Assembly (NCBI GenBank): GCA_963749655.1
Contig: CAVVOB010000020.1
Span: 64,001 to 128,000 of the forward strand
DNA from: Nitrospirota bacterium
Lineage (GTDB): Bacteria > Nitrospirota > UBA9217
Direction of reading: 5' to 3'
DNA: 64,000 bases
The first letter of the stretch is position 1. The number at the start of each line of letters is the position of its first letter. Shown here piece after piece: positions 29,514-39,067 of the stretch. Under the pieces are notes generated by a model, which was not told the DNA's origin, did not search any database, and worked only from the letters and a program-made list of their open reading frames with translations. The position numbers and the translations under genes were made by a program.

Positions 29514-29671
29514 GAATTATCATTTTTTGCTGGTTCAGTCTGAATCAGCGCTGTGCAGCCGACAGCGGATTTTTTTCCGGATTCCGGCCCCTGGCCCCCG
29601 GCCCCTCGTTCCATCGTGTTCTTGTCCCTTTCCTTCTTGACACCCTCCCGGCATTAATGCTACTTTGCTTC

Positions 29672-30544
29672 ATGCTCGTTTACCTTGACGGACGATTTGT
29701 CCCGCAGGAGAAGGCGATGGTATCGGTCTTCGACCACGGCTTTCTCTACGGCGACGGCATCTATGAGACCATGCGCGTCTACAACGGGACGTTTTTCCTG
29801 CTCAGGCAGCACCTCGTCCGTCTCAGGAGTTCGGCAAAGGCCATAGCACTCACCCTTCCTCTTCCGCCTGACGGGATCGCAGATGCCCTCCAGAAAACGG
29901 TGTCGATCAACAAGCTTCGGAACGCCTATGTCCGGATCCACCTCTCGCGCGGATTGGGCGCAATCGGTCTCGATCCGGCCCTTTGCCCGGCGCCCACCAT
30001 GGTGATCGTGGCCAAGCCTTTTCACGACTATCCTCCTGCGCAGTACGAACAAGGCGTCAGGGTTTCCCTCGTCAACACGCGGAGGAACCATCCGGCGGCC
30101 CTTCCGCCGTCGATAAAAAGCACGAACTTCCTGAACAACATCCTGGCAAAGATCGAGTCGATCAAGGCAGGCGCAGTCGAGGGGATCATGCTTAACTGGG
30201 AAGGACATGTTGCGGAAGGCACGGTCAGCAACATTTTCCTGGTAAGGCGTGGCGTTCTGTATACTCCGTCCGTGAAGACGGGCATTCTTGCAGGCGTTAC
30301 GCGCGGCCTGGTGCTGCGCCTCGCGAAAAAGAGCAGGATCCCCGTGAAGGAATCGCTGCTTCTGCCGAAGGACCTGGCCGCAGCCGACGAGTGCTTTCTC
30401 ACGAACACGACCATGGAGATCATGCCGGTCACCGCAATCGGCAAAAAGCGGGTGGGCAACGGCAGACCCGGCCCCATCACGGGCCTGCTGCGGCAGGCGT
30501 ACCGGAAAGAGGTGTCAGCATGCTTAAAGACGCAAGCCACTTAG
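29672..30544 (+). CDS. class IV aminotransferase (IlvE/PabC/D-amino acid aminotransferase family)
   Basis: DHGFLYGDGIYET.R, IKSTNFLNN, EGTVSNIF, ILAGVTR. Confidence 0.92.
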   Translation: MLVYLDGRFVPQEKAMVSVFDHGFLYGDGIYETMRVYNGTFFLLRQHLVRLRSSAKAIALTLPLPPDGIADALQKTVSINKLRNAYVRIHLSRGLGAIGLDPALCPAPTMVIVAKPFHDYPPAQYEQGVRVSLVNTRRNHPAALPPSIKSTNFLNNILAKIESIKAGAVEGIMLNWEGHVAEGTVSNIFLVRRGVLYTPSVKTGILAGVTRGLVLRLAKKSRIPVKESLLLPKDLAAADECFLTNTTMEIMPVTAIGKKRVGNGRPGPITGLLRQAYRKEVSACLKTQAT

Positions 30545-31191
30545 CGCAGATGATCGACCATACGCTGGTGCGCCCCGCAGCGACGTTCGACGACCTGGCC
30601 AGGGCGTGCGAGGACGCAAAGAAATACGGCTTCGCCTGCGTGGTGGTGAACAGCAGCCACGTCGCGCGGGCGCGCGAACTGATGAACGGCACGCTCGTCA
30701 AGGTCTGCTCGGTCGTCGGGTTTCCCCATGGCGCAAGCACGACGACGGTGAAGATTGTCGAGGCCATGGAGGCCATGAAGAACGGCGCCAGCGAGCTGGA
30801 TTTCGTGGTAAACCTGGGCATGGTGAAGTCCGGCAGGTACGATGCGGTGGAGGTGGACATCAAGAACATCATCGCCATGACGCCGTCGAAGGTGCACAAG
30901 GTCATCCTCGAAACGGGAAGCCTCACCGAGGACGAGATCATCCGCCTTTGCGAGATCTCAATGCGCGCCGGCGCCGAGTTCGTGAAGACCTGCACGGGAT
31001 ACGGCCCGCGGGGCGTTACCGTGGAGGATATCCGGCTCATCCGCAGGATCGTGGGCTCGGTCTGCCGCATCAAGGCCTCCGGCGGGATCCGGGACCTCGC
31101 AGCGGCCGAGGCCATGGTTGAGGCGGGAGCCGAGCGGATCGGAACGAGCGCCGGTCCGGCGATCATGGAAGAGTTTTTGCAGAGAAGATGA
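30520..31191 (+). CDS. deoC: deoxyribose-phosphate aldolase
   Basis: IDHTL, VVGFPHG, KVILET, FVKT.TG, IKASGGIR, RIGTS. Confidence 0.93.
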   Translation: MLKDASHLAQMIDHTLVRPAATFDDLARACEDAKKYGFACVVVNSSHVARARELMNGTLVKVCSVVGFPHGASTTTVKIVEAMEAMKNGASELDFVVNLGMVKSGRYDAVEVDIKNIIAMTPSKVHKVILETGSLTEDEIIRLCEISMRAGAEFVKTCTGYGPRGVTVEDIRLIRRIVGSVCRIKASGGIRDLAAAEAMVEAGAERIGTSAGPAIMEEFLQRR

Positions 31192-31267
31192 CGGATCGGA
31201 TTCCGATAACGTCCTGCTGCGGTTCCCTTAACAAATCATGATGCGCGTCCTATTAAAGTATCTTCGC

Positions 31268-31339
31268 CGTCATGCCGGACTTGATCCGGCATCCAGAGAT
31301 TTTCACGATGACTGGATTCCCGACTTCGCGGGAATGACG
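31268..31339. repeat. branched palindromic REP-like element
   Basis: CGTCAT-GCCGGA.CTTGA.TCCGGC-ATCCAG...CTGGAT-TCCCG.ACTTCG.CGGGA-ATGACG. Confidence 0.85.
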
Positions 31340-31418
31340 ATCTGGTCGATTGCCCGCGTTTCAACAGTGATTTTTTTCCGTTTTCCGATCATCCCTCCAT
31401 CAGCATGAGAACAGCACA

Positions 31419-32288
31419 ATGGCCGATCAGCAACGAATAAAATCCGTCCTTGTCAACAACGCCGAACTCCATTACGTCGAGTCGGGGGAAGGGCCGCCGG
31501 TCGTCATGGTGCACGGCAGCCTGAGCGACTTCAGGACCTGGGGCTTCCAGCGGAGGTTCTTTTCGAAGCAGTACCGCGTGATCGCCTACAGCCGCCGCTA
31601 TCACTATCCGAACGCCATGCCCGCAGGCCGATCGGACTATTCGGTCGGGCTGCACGCAGAAGACCTCTCGGCGCTAATCCGGGCGCTCGGGCTCGGACCG
31701 GCGCATATTATCGGGTCCTCGTACGGCGCCTATGCCTCGCTCATCATGGCTGCGCGCCACCCGGAGCTCGTGCGCACTCTCGTGATCGGCGAGCCGCCGA
31801 TGTTTCCGCTGCTCAAGACCGACAAGGAAGGCGCTCACCTGCTGCGGGCTTTTCTGAAGCAGGTGTGGGAGCCCTCGATCCAGGCCTTCGAAGCGGGCAA
31901 CCTCGAAGAGGGATCGAGAATCTTTTACGAAGGCATTACCTCGACGGGCGCCTACGAGAAGCTTTCTCCCTCTGCAAGGAACGGCATGCTTGAGAACGCC
32001 CTGCCGCTCAAGGCTGAGGCGATTTCGCGGGTCCGCTTCCCGGACTTTGCGAAGCACGACGCGGAACGGATCCAGGCGCCCTGTCTTCTCTTGGACAGCG
32101 AAAGGAGCCCCCGCCTGTTTCACCGCATCACGGACATGCTCGAAGGGATGCTGCCGCGGACCGAGCGAGGGGTGATCGCCAACGCGTCGCACAGCATGCA
32201 TACGGACAATCCGAAGGAGTACAATGAAAGGGTGATGAAGTTTCTTGCCCGTGCCCCCGGTTCCGTTCTCCCTAAGGACGAGTATTGA
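31419..32288 (+). CDS. alpha/beta hydrolase
   Basis: VMVHGS, GSSYG nucleophile elbow, C-terminal ASHSMH. Confidence 0.88.
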   Translation: MADQQRIKSVLVNNAELHYVESGEGPPVVMVHGSLSDFRTWGFQRRFFSKQYRVIAYSRRYHYPNAMPAGRSDYSVGLHAEDLSALIRALGLGPAHIIGSSYGAYASLIMAARHPELVRTLVIGEPPMFPLLKTDKEGAHLLRAFLKQVWEPSIQAFEAGNLEEGSRIFYEGITSTGAYEKLSPSARNGMLENALPLKAEAISRVRFPDFAKHDAERIQAPCLLLDSERSPRLFHRITDMLEGMLPRTERGVIANASHSMHTDNPKEYNERVMKFLARAPGSVLPKDEY

Positions 32289-32336
32289 TGAGCCCTGTAG
32301 GGGGCCCACAGGATGGTGCCGCTTATTTTCGGCCTC

Positions 32337-34445
32337 CTAGGGCAGTTCCACGTACACCGGGCTGTCGCCGAGGTTGAGCGTCACTGATCCGGCCGAGACG
32401 GCAACAGTGGTAACCGTGAACGAATTCGCATAACCTGCCGCAGTGACTTCCGCTCCGGTGGCGAACTTGGGGAGCGCTTCCGTAACGGTCACCGTTGCGC
32501 TGTTCAGCCCGGATATGGTAACGGCCCGGACCTTTCCGGAGGTGTAGGTCGGATCATTGAAGTAATCCCACCAGGCGACATAGATTGCCTTCCCGTTCTT
32601 GGTGAAGCGGTATACGTAGACGTCGTTGGCCTGCTGCACCGTTGCAGTGGAGTTCCAGTCGGAACCTTCCAGCTTCTCCGTCATCTTCCGGTACGAGTAG
32701 TACCCCAGCTTTTTCTGTCCGGTTGTAAGATCGCCGGGCACCGCGCTGTCGTAAATCAATCCTGTGTAGTCAAAATAATCGCCGTCGTATTTAAAGCCGT
32801 CCATGACGCCGAAGCCGGCAAATATCACCTTGACTCCCAGGGACAGAGGATAGACGTACCGTTTGACGTAATCCAGCGCCTGCTGGCGCTCGGTCTGCGA
32901 CGGGTACGTCGGCGTTGAACTAGTTCCTGATGACACAATGGTGCCGCTGAAGGCGGTCATTTCAGTCATCCAGATCGGAACGGAGGTGAATCCGTCGGCG
33001 TCGAGCACGGTCCGGATGTGGTTATACGCGTCACCCGCGCCCCGGTAGTCTCCCGTCGCCTGCCCGTACCAGTGAAAATCCATGACGTCAACGTACTGTC
33101 CGTGAAGAGCATCGAGAATCGGCTTGTATCCAAGGTCGAATGCCTTAAGGTAACGCGAGACCGGCGGAAAGCCGCCGACGCCCCCGATAAGAACGGTGCA
33201 GTCAGGACAGGCTGCTTTGACGGCCAGATAGGTTATTCGCTGCACATCGGCAAAGGACGTCGTCTGAGTGTCGAAGGGCTCATTTTCCACCTGCCAGTAC
33301 TTCACCGGATTGGTCAGGCCCGGCATGCTGTCCGGTCCCTGGGTGGAATACCGCTTCACCAGGGCCTGCACGAAGGCGGAATATTTGGCTTCATCGACCG
33401 GCAGGTAGGAACCCGTCACTTCGTAGCCCGTAGAACCGGGCGGTTCCACCGCGATGTTTCCGAGAGGCGATATCCCCTGGGGGATGCTTCCGTATTCGAC
33501 GTCAAAGGGGACAAAATTGTAGGTCTGCGTCGTCAAGTCGGGCTGCACGAGCGACCAGAAGGCATACAGCTCGCCCCGTGCCCAGGTTACGCCGATTGCC
33601 TGGGCGTCGGTATAATCGTGGGGATGTCCCGGAAGATCGGTTTTCGCCGGGTGGAAGCCGAAAGGACTCAGATTGGCGGGCGCCGCGGCGGTCGTCAGGC
33701 CCCAGGTGTAGTTGCCCGCCATCGCATTTCCTGCAAGGTCCTTCACGCCGGTGGTAATTGTGGCCGTGAAGGTGGCCAGGGGGGCCAGGGCCGCGCTGGG
33801 AAGAAACAGGGCTGTTTCACCGGTCAGGACGACGGTTCCGCTCACCGGGGTGTTGGCGCCGTCCTTCACGGTGAAGGTGGCAGTATTGACCGTTGCACTG
33901 TCCAGCGCCTCGCTGAAGGTTGCTACGAGGGCCGATGTTATCGAGACATTGGTTGCACCGTTGGCAGGATCGGTCGAGATCACCGTGGGGGGGGTGGTGT
34001 CCTGAGACGCCGAAACCATCCCGGTGGTGAAGCTCCAGGTGTAATTGGCAGGCAGTGGCTTGCCGGAAAGGCTGTGCACGCCGCTGGTGATCGTGACCGT
34101 ATAGGTTGTAGTCGGATCCATTCGGGTGGAGGGAACGAACGTAGCGATTGATCCCGACGTGAGACTGATCGTGCCGCTGACGCTCCTGCCCTGGGCGTCG
34201 GTCACCAGGAAGGTGGATGCGTTGACCGTCGATGGATCCACGCTCTCGCTGAAGGTCACCACGATCGTCGAGTTAAGGGAGACCCCGATTGCGCTTTCGG
34301 AAGGCTGGATCGACAACACGGCGATTCCGCCTGGTGATGCCTGGTTTGCGCCGCCCCCGCCGCTGCAGGAAACGACAATGCTGATAAGCGCTGTATATAG
34401 CAGTGCGATGCGGATGAAGCCAAAGATCGTGTGTTTATTGGACAT
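32337..34445 (-). CDS. lipoprotein with two Ig-like (Big_5-type) domains and a clan GH-A glycoside hydrolase domain
   Basis: Lipobox VVSC; repeated TFSE..D..TVN..TF...YTW.FTT; WQVENEP, DFHWY, PIWMTE. Confidence 0.78.
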   Translation of the reverse strand: MSNKHTIFGFIRIALLYTALISIVVSCSGGGGANQASPGGIAVLSIQPSESAIGVSLNSTIVVTFSESVDPSTVNASTFLVTDAQGRSVSGTISLTSGSIATFVPSTRMDPTTTYTVTITSGVHSLSGKPLPANYTWSFTTGMVSASQDTTPPTVISTDPANGATNVSITSALVATFSEALDSATVNTATFTVKDGANTPVSGTVVLTGETALFLPSAALAPLATFTATITTGVKDLAGNAMAGNYTWGLTTAAAPANLSPFGFHPAKTDLPGHPHDYTDAQAIGVTWARGELYAFWSLVQPDLTTQTYNFVPFDVEYGSIPQGISPLGNIAVEPPGSTGYEVTGSYLPVDEAKYSAFVQALVKRYSTQGPDSMPGLTNPVKYWQVENEPFDTQTTSFADVQRITYLAVKAACPDCTVLIGGVGGFPPVSRYLKAFDLGYKPILDALHGQYVDVMDFHWYGQATGDYRGAGDAYNHIRTVLDADGFTSVPIWMTEMTAFSGTIVSSGTSSTPTYPSQTERQQALDYVKRYVYPLSLGVKVIFAGFGVMDGFKYDGDYFDYTGLIYDSAVPGDLTTGQKKLGYYSYRKMTEKLEGSDWNSTATVQQANDVYVYRFTKNGKAIYVAWWDYFNDPTYTSGKVRAVTISGLNSATVTVTEALPKFATGAEVTAAGYANSFTVTTVAVSAGSVTLNLGDSPVYVELP

Positions 34446-34734
34446 AGCTTTTCCTTTGCGAGGGAAGTCCGCATACCTGTTCATGCACAGCTGCAATCAA
34501 CTGTCCTATGGCACACTTCGATTGTGCAACGACAAGCATGCGCAACCCGATACGTTCAACGGTCTGGAAATCTTATTTTGCTGCATTTAATTGTACCATG
34601 CTGCCAGGCCCGAAACTAGACGCCTTAAGTAGCAGTACGTTCAGGGCTGATTCGGGGAGGAGAGATTCAAGAGGGATAAGTTTTTTATCGAGAGGGATTT
34701 CGATGATCGTAGCAGCCGGTCCTGCACCGGGCCC

Positions 34735-34931
34735 CCCTTTTTCAATCCTGCACAGCAGCCCTCTGAGCTGGTATGATCCAAAGGCCGGGTCGTAGGGAAG
34801 CGCGTTGTTCGTCAGCACGTTCGCGTTGGAATCGAAGATCCCGTGGTCCGGCCCGGGCCGCCCGGGAACCACCAGCCGTGCTCAACATTGATGCTGCTGG
34901 GTGTCATGTCTTCGGCGGCCAGTGCTTTCAT
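34735..34931 (-). pseudogene. remnant 3' end of the molybdopterin oxidoreductase (homologous to 36968-37165)
   Basis: MKAL..ED.....INVEHGWWFP / GP.HGIFDSNANVLTNNA.PYDPAFGSYQLRGLLCRI.KG with a 1-nt frameshift and no upstream portion. Confidence 0.88.
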
Positions 34932-35145
34932 GGAGAAACTCTGTCCGTTCTCGCTCCCACGGAAGATGAAGGATCTCGGCCTGGTATCTTTGCGTTGATT
35001 GTTACGGGCCGGGGAAAGGGAACTTCCGGTCTTGCTTTTCCGAAAATTTAGGGTCAACGACATGATAGCGGGAGAAAGGGGCTTGTACTGCGGGCCGCTG
35101 TTGTCCCGTGTGCCTGACGGACGAGGCCGAATATCCTTCGCCCGG

Positions 35146-36885
35146 CTACGGCTGTTCCACATACACCGGGCTGTCGCCGAGGTTGAGCGTCACCGATCCG
35201 TCCGAGACGGGATCACTGGTAACCGTGAACGAATTCGCGTAACCTGCCGCAGTAACTTCCGCTCCGGTGGCGTACATGGGGAGCGCTTCCGTGACGGTCA
35301 CCGTAGCGCTGTTCAGCCCGGAAATCGCGACCGCCCGGACGTTTCCGGAGGCATAGGAAGGATCATTGAAGTAATCCCACCAGGCAACATAGATCGCTTT
35401 CCCGTTCTTGAGGAAGCGGTATACATAGACGTCGTTGACTTCCTGCACGGTGGCGATGGCGTTCCAGTCGGACCCTTCGAGTTTCTCCGTCATTTTCTGG
35501 TACGCGAAATATGCGAGTTTCTTCTGACCCGTCGTAAGGTCGCCCTGCACTGCACTGTTGTAAATCAATCCAGTGTAGTCAAAATAAGCTCCGTCGAACT
35601 TGAAGCCGTCCATGATGCCGAAGCCGGAAAAAACGACCTTGATTCCCAGGGACAGCGGGTAGACGTACCGCTTGACGTAGTCAAGCGCCTGCTGGCGTTC
35701 GGTCTGCTGTGGGTACGACAAAGTCCCTTTTGATGCGATATCGCCTTTGAAAGTGCACATTTCCGTTATCCAGACCGGAACGGAGGTAAACCCGTCTCCA
35801 TCGAGCACTGACCGGATATGGCGATACACGTCGCCCGCGCCCCGGTAGTCTCCTGTCGCTTGTCCGTACCAGTGAAAATCCATGACATCCAGATATTGCC
35901 CGTGAAGGGCATCGAGATAGGGTTTGAAATCACGGTCGAATGCAGTGATGTAGTCGGAAGCCGGCGGAAAACCGCCGACCCCTCCGATAAGAACGGTGCA
36001 ATCGGGACAGGCTGCTTTGATGGCCAGGTAGGTTATGCGCTGCAGATCGGCAAAGGTCGTCGTTTGCGATTCCCAGGGCTCATTATCCACCTGCCAGTAC
36101 TTGATAGGATTGACGAGGCCCGGCATGCTGTCCGGTCCCGGGACGGAGTATCGTTTTACGACGGCTTGCACGAAAGCAGTATATTGGGCCTCATCGATCG
36201 GCGAATAGGAACCCGCCACGAAGTAACCGCTTGCGCCGAGCGGCTGCGCCGTTATATTTGCCAGAACGGTCATCCCCTGCGGAATGCTTCCGTACTCGAA
36301 ATCGTAAAGGGTAAAATCATATGTCTGTGTTGCTAAATCAGGCTGCACAACCGACCAGAACGCATAGAGCTCGCTCCTCGTCCATGTTGCCCCGAGCGTC
36401 CAGGAATCGGTATAATCATTGGTAGTTCCCGGGGACCCGATTTTCGCCGGTTGGATGCCAAAGGGACTTAGACTGGTCGTGAATGCCCAACTATAATCGC
36501 TCATCATCGCATTTCCTTCGAGATCCTTCACGCCCGTGGTAATCGTAGCCGTATAGGTAGTCAGGGAGGTCAGATTCGTATCTGGCACGAATTGGGCTGT
36601 TCCCTGGCTCAGGACGATGGTGCCGCTCACCGAGATATCGCTGCCGTCCTTCAGGGTGAACGTAGCGGTATTGACGGTGGTGCTGTCCATTGCTCGGCTA
36701 AACGTGGCCACGACAGCCGAGGTGACGGCAACCCCGGTCGCACCCGCGGAAGGATACGCTGCGATAACCGTGGGCGTGACCTGTGGTCCGGTACTGCCGC
36801 TGCAGCCCCCGCCGCAGGACGGGAAAATGGATGCCAGGGCTATCATGACAAGAATGATCACAGCCGAATCGCATATACGAGACAT
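35146..36885 (-). CDS. lipoprotein with one Ig-like domain and a clan GH-A hydrolase; close paralog of 32337-34445
   Basis: PSCGGG; WQVDNEP, DFHWY, PVWITE; long stretches identical to the neighbouring paralog. Confidence 0.78.
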   Translation of the reverse strand: MSRICDSAVIILVMIALASIFPSCGGGCSGSTGPQVTPTVIAAYPSAGATGVAVTSAVVATFSRAMDSTTVNTATFTLKDGSDISVSGTIVLSQGTAQFVPDTNLTSLTTYTATITTGVKDLEGNAMMSDYSWAFTTSLSPFGIQPAKIGSPGTTNDYTDSWTLGATWTRSELYAFWSVVQPDLATQTYDFTLYDFEYGSIPQGMTVLANITAQPLGASGYFVAGSYSPIDEAQYTAFVQAVVKRYSVPGPDSMPGLVNPIKYWQVDNEPWESQTTTFADLQRITYLAIKAACPDCTVLIGGVGGFPPASDYITAFDRDFKPYLDALHGQYLDVMDFHWYGQATGDYRGAGDVYRHIRSVLDGDGFTSVPVWITEMCTFKGDIASKGTLSYPQQTERQQALDYVKRYVYPLSLGIKVVFSGFGIMDGFKFDGAYFDYTGLIYNSAVQGDLTTGQKKLAYFAYQKMTEKLEGSDWNAIATVQEVNDVYVYRFLKNGKAIYVAWWDYFNDPSYASGNVRAVAISGLNSATVTVTEALPMYATGAEVTAAGYANSFTVTSDPVSDGSVTLNLGDSPVYVEQP

Positions 36886-36964
36886 TGTTTCTACCTTTCC
36901 TCGACACCGTGCCGAGTGAATTTTCAACCATTCTTTCTGATAAGCGGTATCTCGCCAAGAGGCA

Positions 36965-39067
36965 TTACCCCTTTACAATCCGGCAAAGCAGCCCCCTGAG
37001 CTGGTATGACCCAAAGGCCGGGTCATAGGGCGGCGCATTGTTTGTCAGCACGTTTGCATTGGAATCGAAGATTCCGTGCTCAGGCCCTGGTTTTTCAGGG
37101 AACCACCAGCCGTGCTCGACATTGATGACTCCCGGAGCGATGTCCTCGGTTACGAGGGCTTTCATTCTTATGCTGCCCCGGGGCGAGGTGATCACGACGT
37201 CGTCTCCGTGAACGATGCCGTGCCTGGCTGCAATGTCCGGGTGCAGCTCCACCTGAGGGTCGGGGCGCTGCTTCCTGAGGGACTTGATCTGCCGGTGCTC
37301 GCTGTGGAAAAATTCGCGCCGCCTGCTGCCCGTGGTCAGCACATAGGGAAACTCTTCGGCGAGCTTCGGCGCCGAGACCGGACTTTCGGGCGGCTCGACA
37401 AAGGACGGAAGCGGATCGTAGCCCAGACGCTCCAGCGACTTGCAGTAGAGCTCCACTTTCCGCGACGGCGTGCGGAAGCCCTTCTTCTCGAACTTCCGGT
37501 ACTCGTGGGGCGGATAGTGGAACACCTTCTCCTTCAGCTCGTCGTAGGTGATCCCGAGGGGCTCCAGCTGATAGTTCATCACATCGCGAAGGTTCTCTTC
37601 GCTGCCGGGAAGGCCGAGCCTTTTCGAAAGCTCGTCCATGATCCATTCATCCTGCCTGCATTCAGCGCGCTGCACCATCTTGCGCTGCGCCATGACCATG
37701 TTCTCAACCACCAGAGGGTAGCCGATCACCTGCTCGACCTCGGGGCCGAAGGCAGCGGGAAGAACGTAGTCCGCCATGGCTGCCGAAGGCGTCATGAACA
37801 GGTCGGTCGCCACGAGAAGGTCGAGCTTTTGGAGACTTTCATGGACCTCGCGGGAGTTGGCCACCGTGGCAAGGGGATTGTTGCCGAAGAGCATGAGCGT
37901 CCTGATGCGGTAGGGGTCGCCGGTCCTCATTGCCCGGTACAGAGCGGGGATATGGGCCGAGGGCATGAAGGCCCGCCATCCGCCGAGGAGCTTGTACTGC
38001 TCTCCGCCGAGCCGCTTCTTGAGCATGCCTTCGGGAAGCTTTTCCTTCAGCGTGGGGTAGGCGCGGATGATGTTCATGCCCAGGATGTCGCCCCCGGGCA
38101 CGTCGATATTGCCGGTCAATGCCCGCAGGAGCGAGACCGCCCTGACGGTCTGGAGGGAATTGACATTCTGTTCGATGGCAAGGCCCCATTCGAGGATTGC
38201 CGGCTTGTTCGTGGCATAGGTCCGGGCCGCCTGCGCGATGTCCGCTGCCTTGACCCAGGTGATCTTCTCGGCCCAGGCAGGCGTGCAGGTCGAAACGCGG
38301 GCCTTGAGCTCGTCGAATCCCACGGTCCACTTCCCGACGAATTCCCTGTCAAAGAGGTCTTCCGCTATGATCGTGTTAATCATGGCAAGCGCCAGGGCCG
38401 CATCCGTGCCCGGCCGCACCGGCAGCCACAGCTTGCACCGCTTGCCCGTCTCGGACCTGCGCGGGTCCACGCTGATCCCGATGCTGCCTGCGTCGAGCGC
38501 CCGTTGTGCCGCGATGGACAGCTCGCCGTCAGGGCTGGACACAATGGGGTTGTGGCCCCAGAAGAGTATGCATTTGGGTTTGACATCGCCGTAGTAGTCG
38601 CCCACAACGAAACCGCCGTAGGTCAGGTTGCTCACGGTGATGCGCGGGATGAAGCAGTTGGCGAGACCGGGCTCGTACCAGTTCGGCGTCCCCAGGGCAT
38701 TCGCGAACCGCACGGTGTGCATGTAATGGTGCCTGCCCGTTCCCTGTCCCAGGGCAATGGATTCGGGACCCGTCTCTTTCCGGATCCCATCAAGGCGCGC
38801 TGCGATCTCTCCGAGCGCTTCGTCCCAGGTGATCCGTTCCCAGTTCCCTTCGCCGCGCTGGCCCTTTCTGCGAAGGGGGTACTCGAGCCGGTCCGGATGG
38901 TTCGCGATCTCGGGAGTTGCCAGGCCCTTCACGCACATCCAGCCCCGGCTCATGGGAGACGCGGGGTCGCCCTTGACCGCCTTGACCTTTCCGTCCGCGA
39001 TCGTCACGGCCATGCCGCATCCGCCATGGCAGATTCTGCAAACGCTTCTCAAGACCTGCTCGGTCAT
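36965..39067 (-). CDS. molybdopterin (bis-MGD) oxidoreductase, DMSO reductase superfamily
   Basis: CRICHGGC...C [4Fe-4S] motif, HPDRL.YPLRR, VDPR, ADYVLPA, FHSEHR, C-terminal molydop-binding domain. Confidence 0.9.
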   Translation of the reverse strand: MTEQVLRSVCRICHGGCGMAVTIADGKVKAVKGDPASPMSRGWMCVKGLATPEIANHPDRLEYPLRRKGQRGEGNWERITWDEALGEIAARLDGIRKETGPESIALGQGTGRHHYMHTVRFANALGTPNWYEPGLANCFIPRITVSNLTYGGFVVGDYYGDVKPKCILFWGHNPIVSSPDGELSIAAQRALDAGSIGISVDPRRSETGKRCKLWLPVRPGTDAALALAMINTIIAEDLFDREFVGKWTVGFDELKARVSTCTPAWAEKITWVKAADIAQAARTYATNKPAILEWGLAIEQNVNSLQTVRAVSLLRALTGNIDVPGGDILGMNIIRAYPTLKEKLPEGMLKKRLGGEQYKLLGGWRAFMPSAHIPALYRAMRTGDPYRIRTLMLFGNNPLATVANSREVHESLQKLDLLVATDLFMTPSAAMADYVLPAAFGPEVEQVIGYPLVVENMVMAQRKMVQRAECRQDEWIMDELSKRLGLPGSEENLRDVMNYQLEPLGITYDELKEKVFHYPPHEYRKFEKKGFRTPSRKVELYCKSLERLGYDPLPSFVEPPESPVSAPKLAEEFPYVLTTGSRRREFFHSEHRQIKSLRKQRPDPQVELHPDIAARHGIVHGDDVVITSPRGSIRMKALVTEDIAPGVINVEHGWWFPEKPGPEHGIFDSNANVLTNNAPPYDPAFGSYQLRGLLCRIVKG

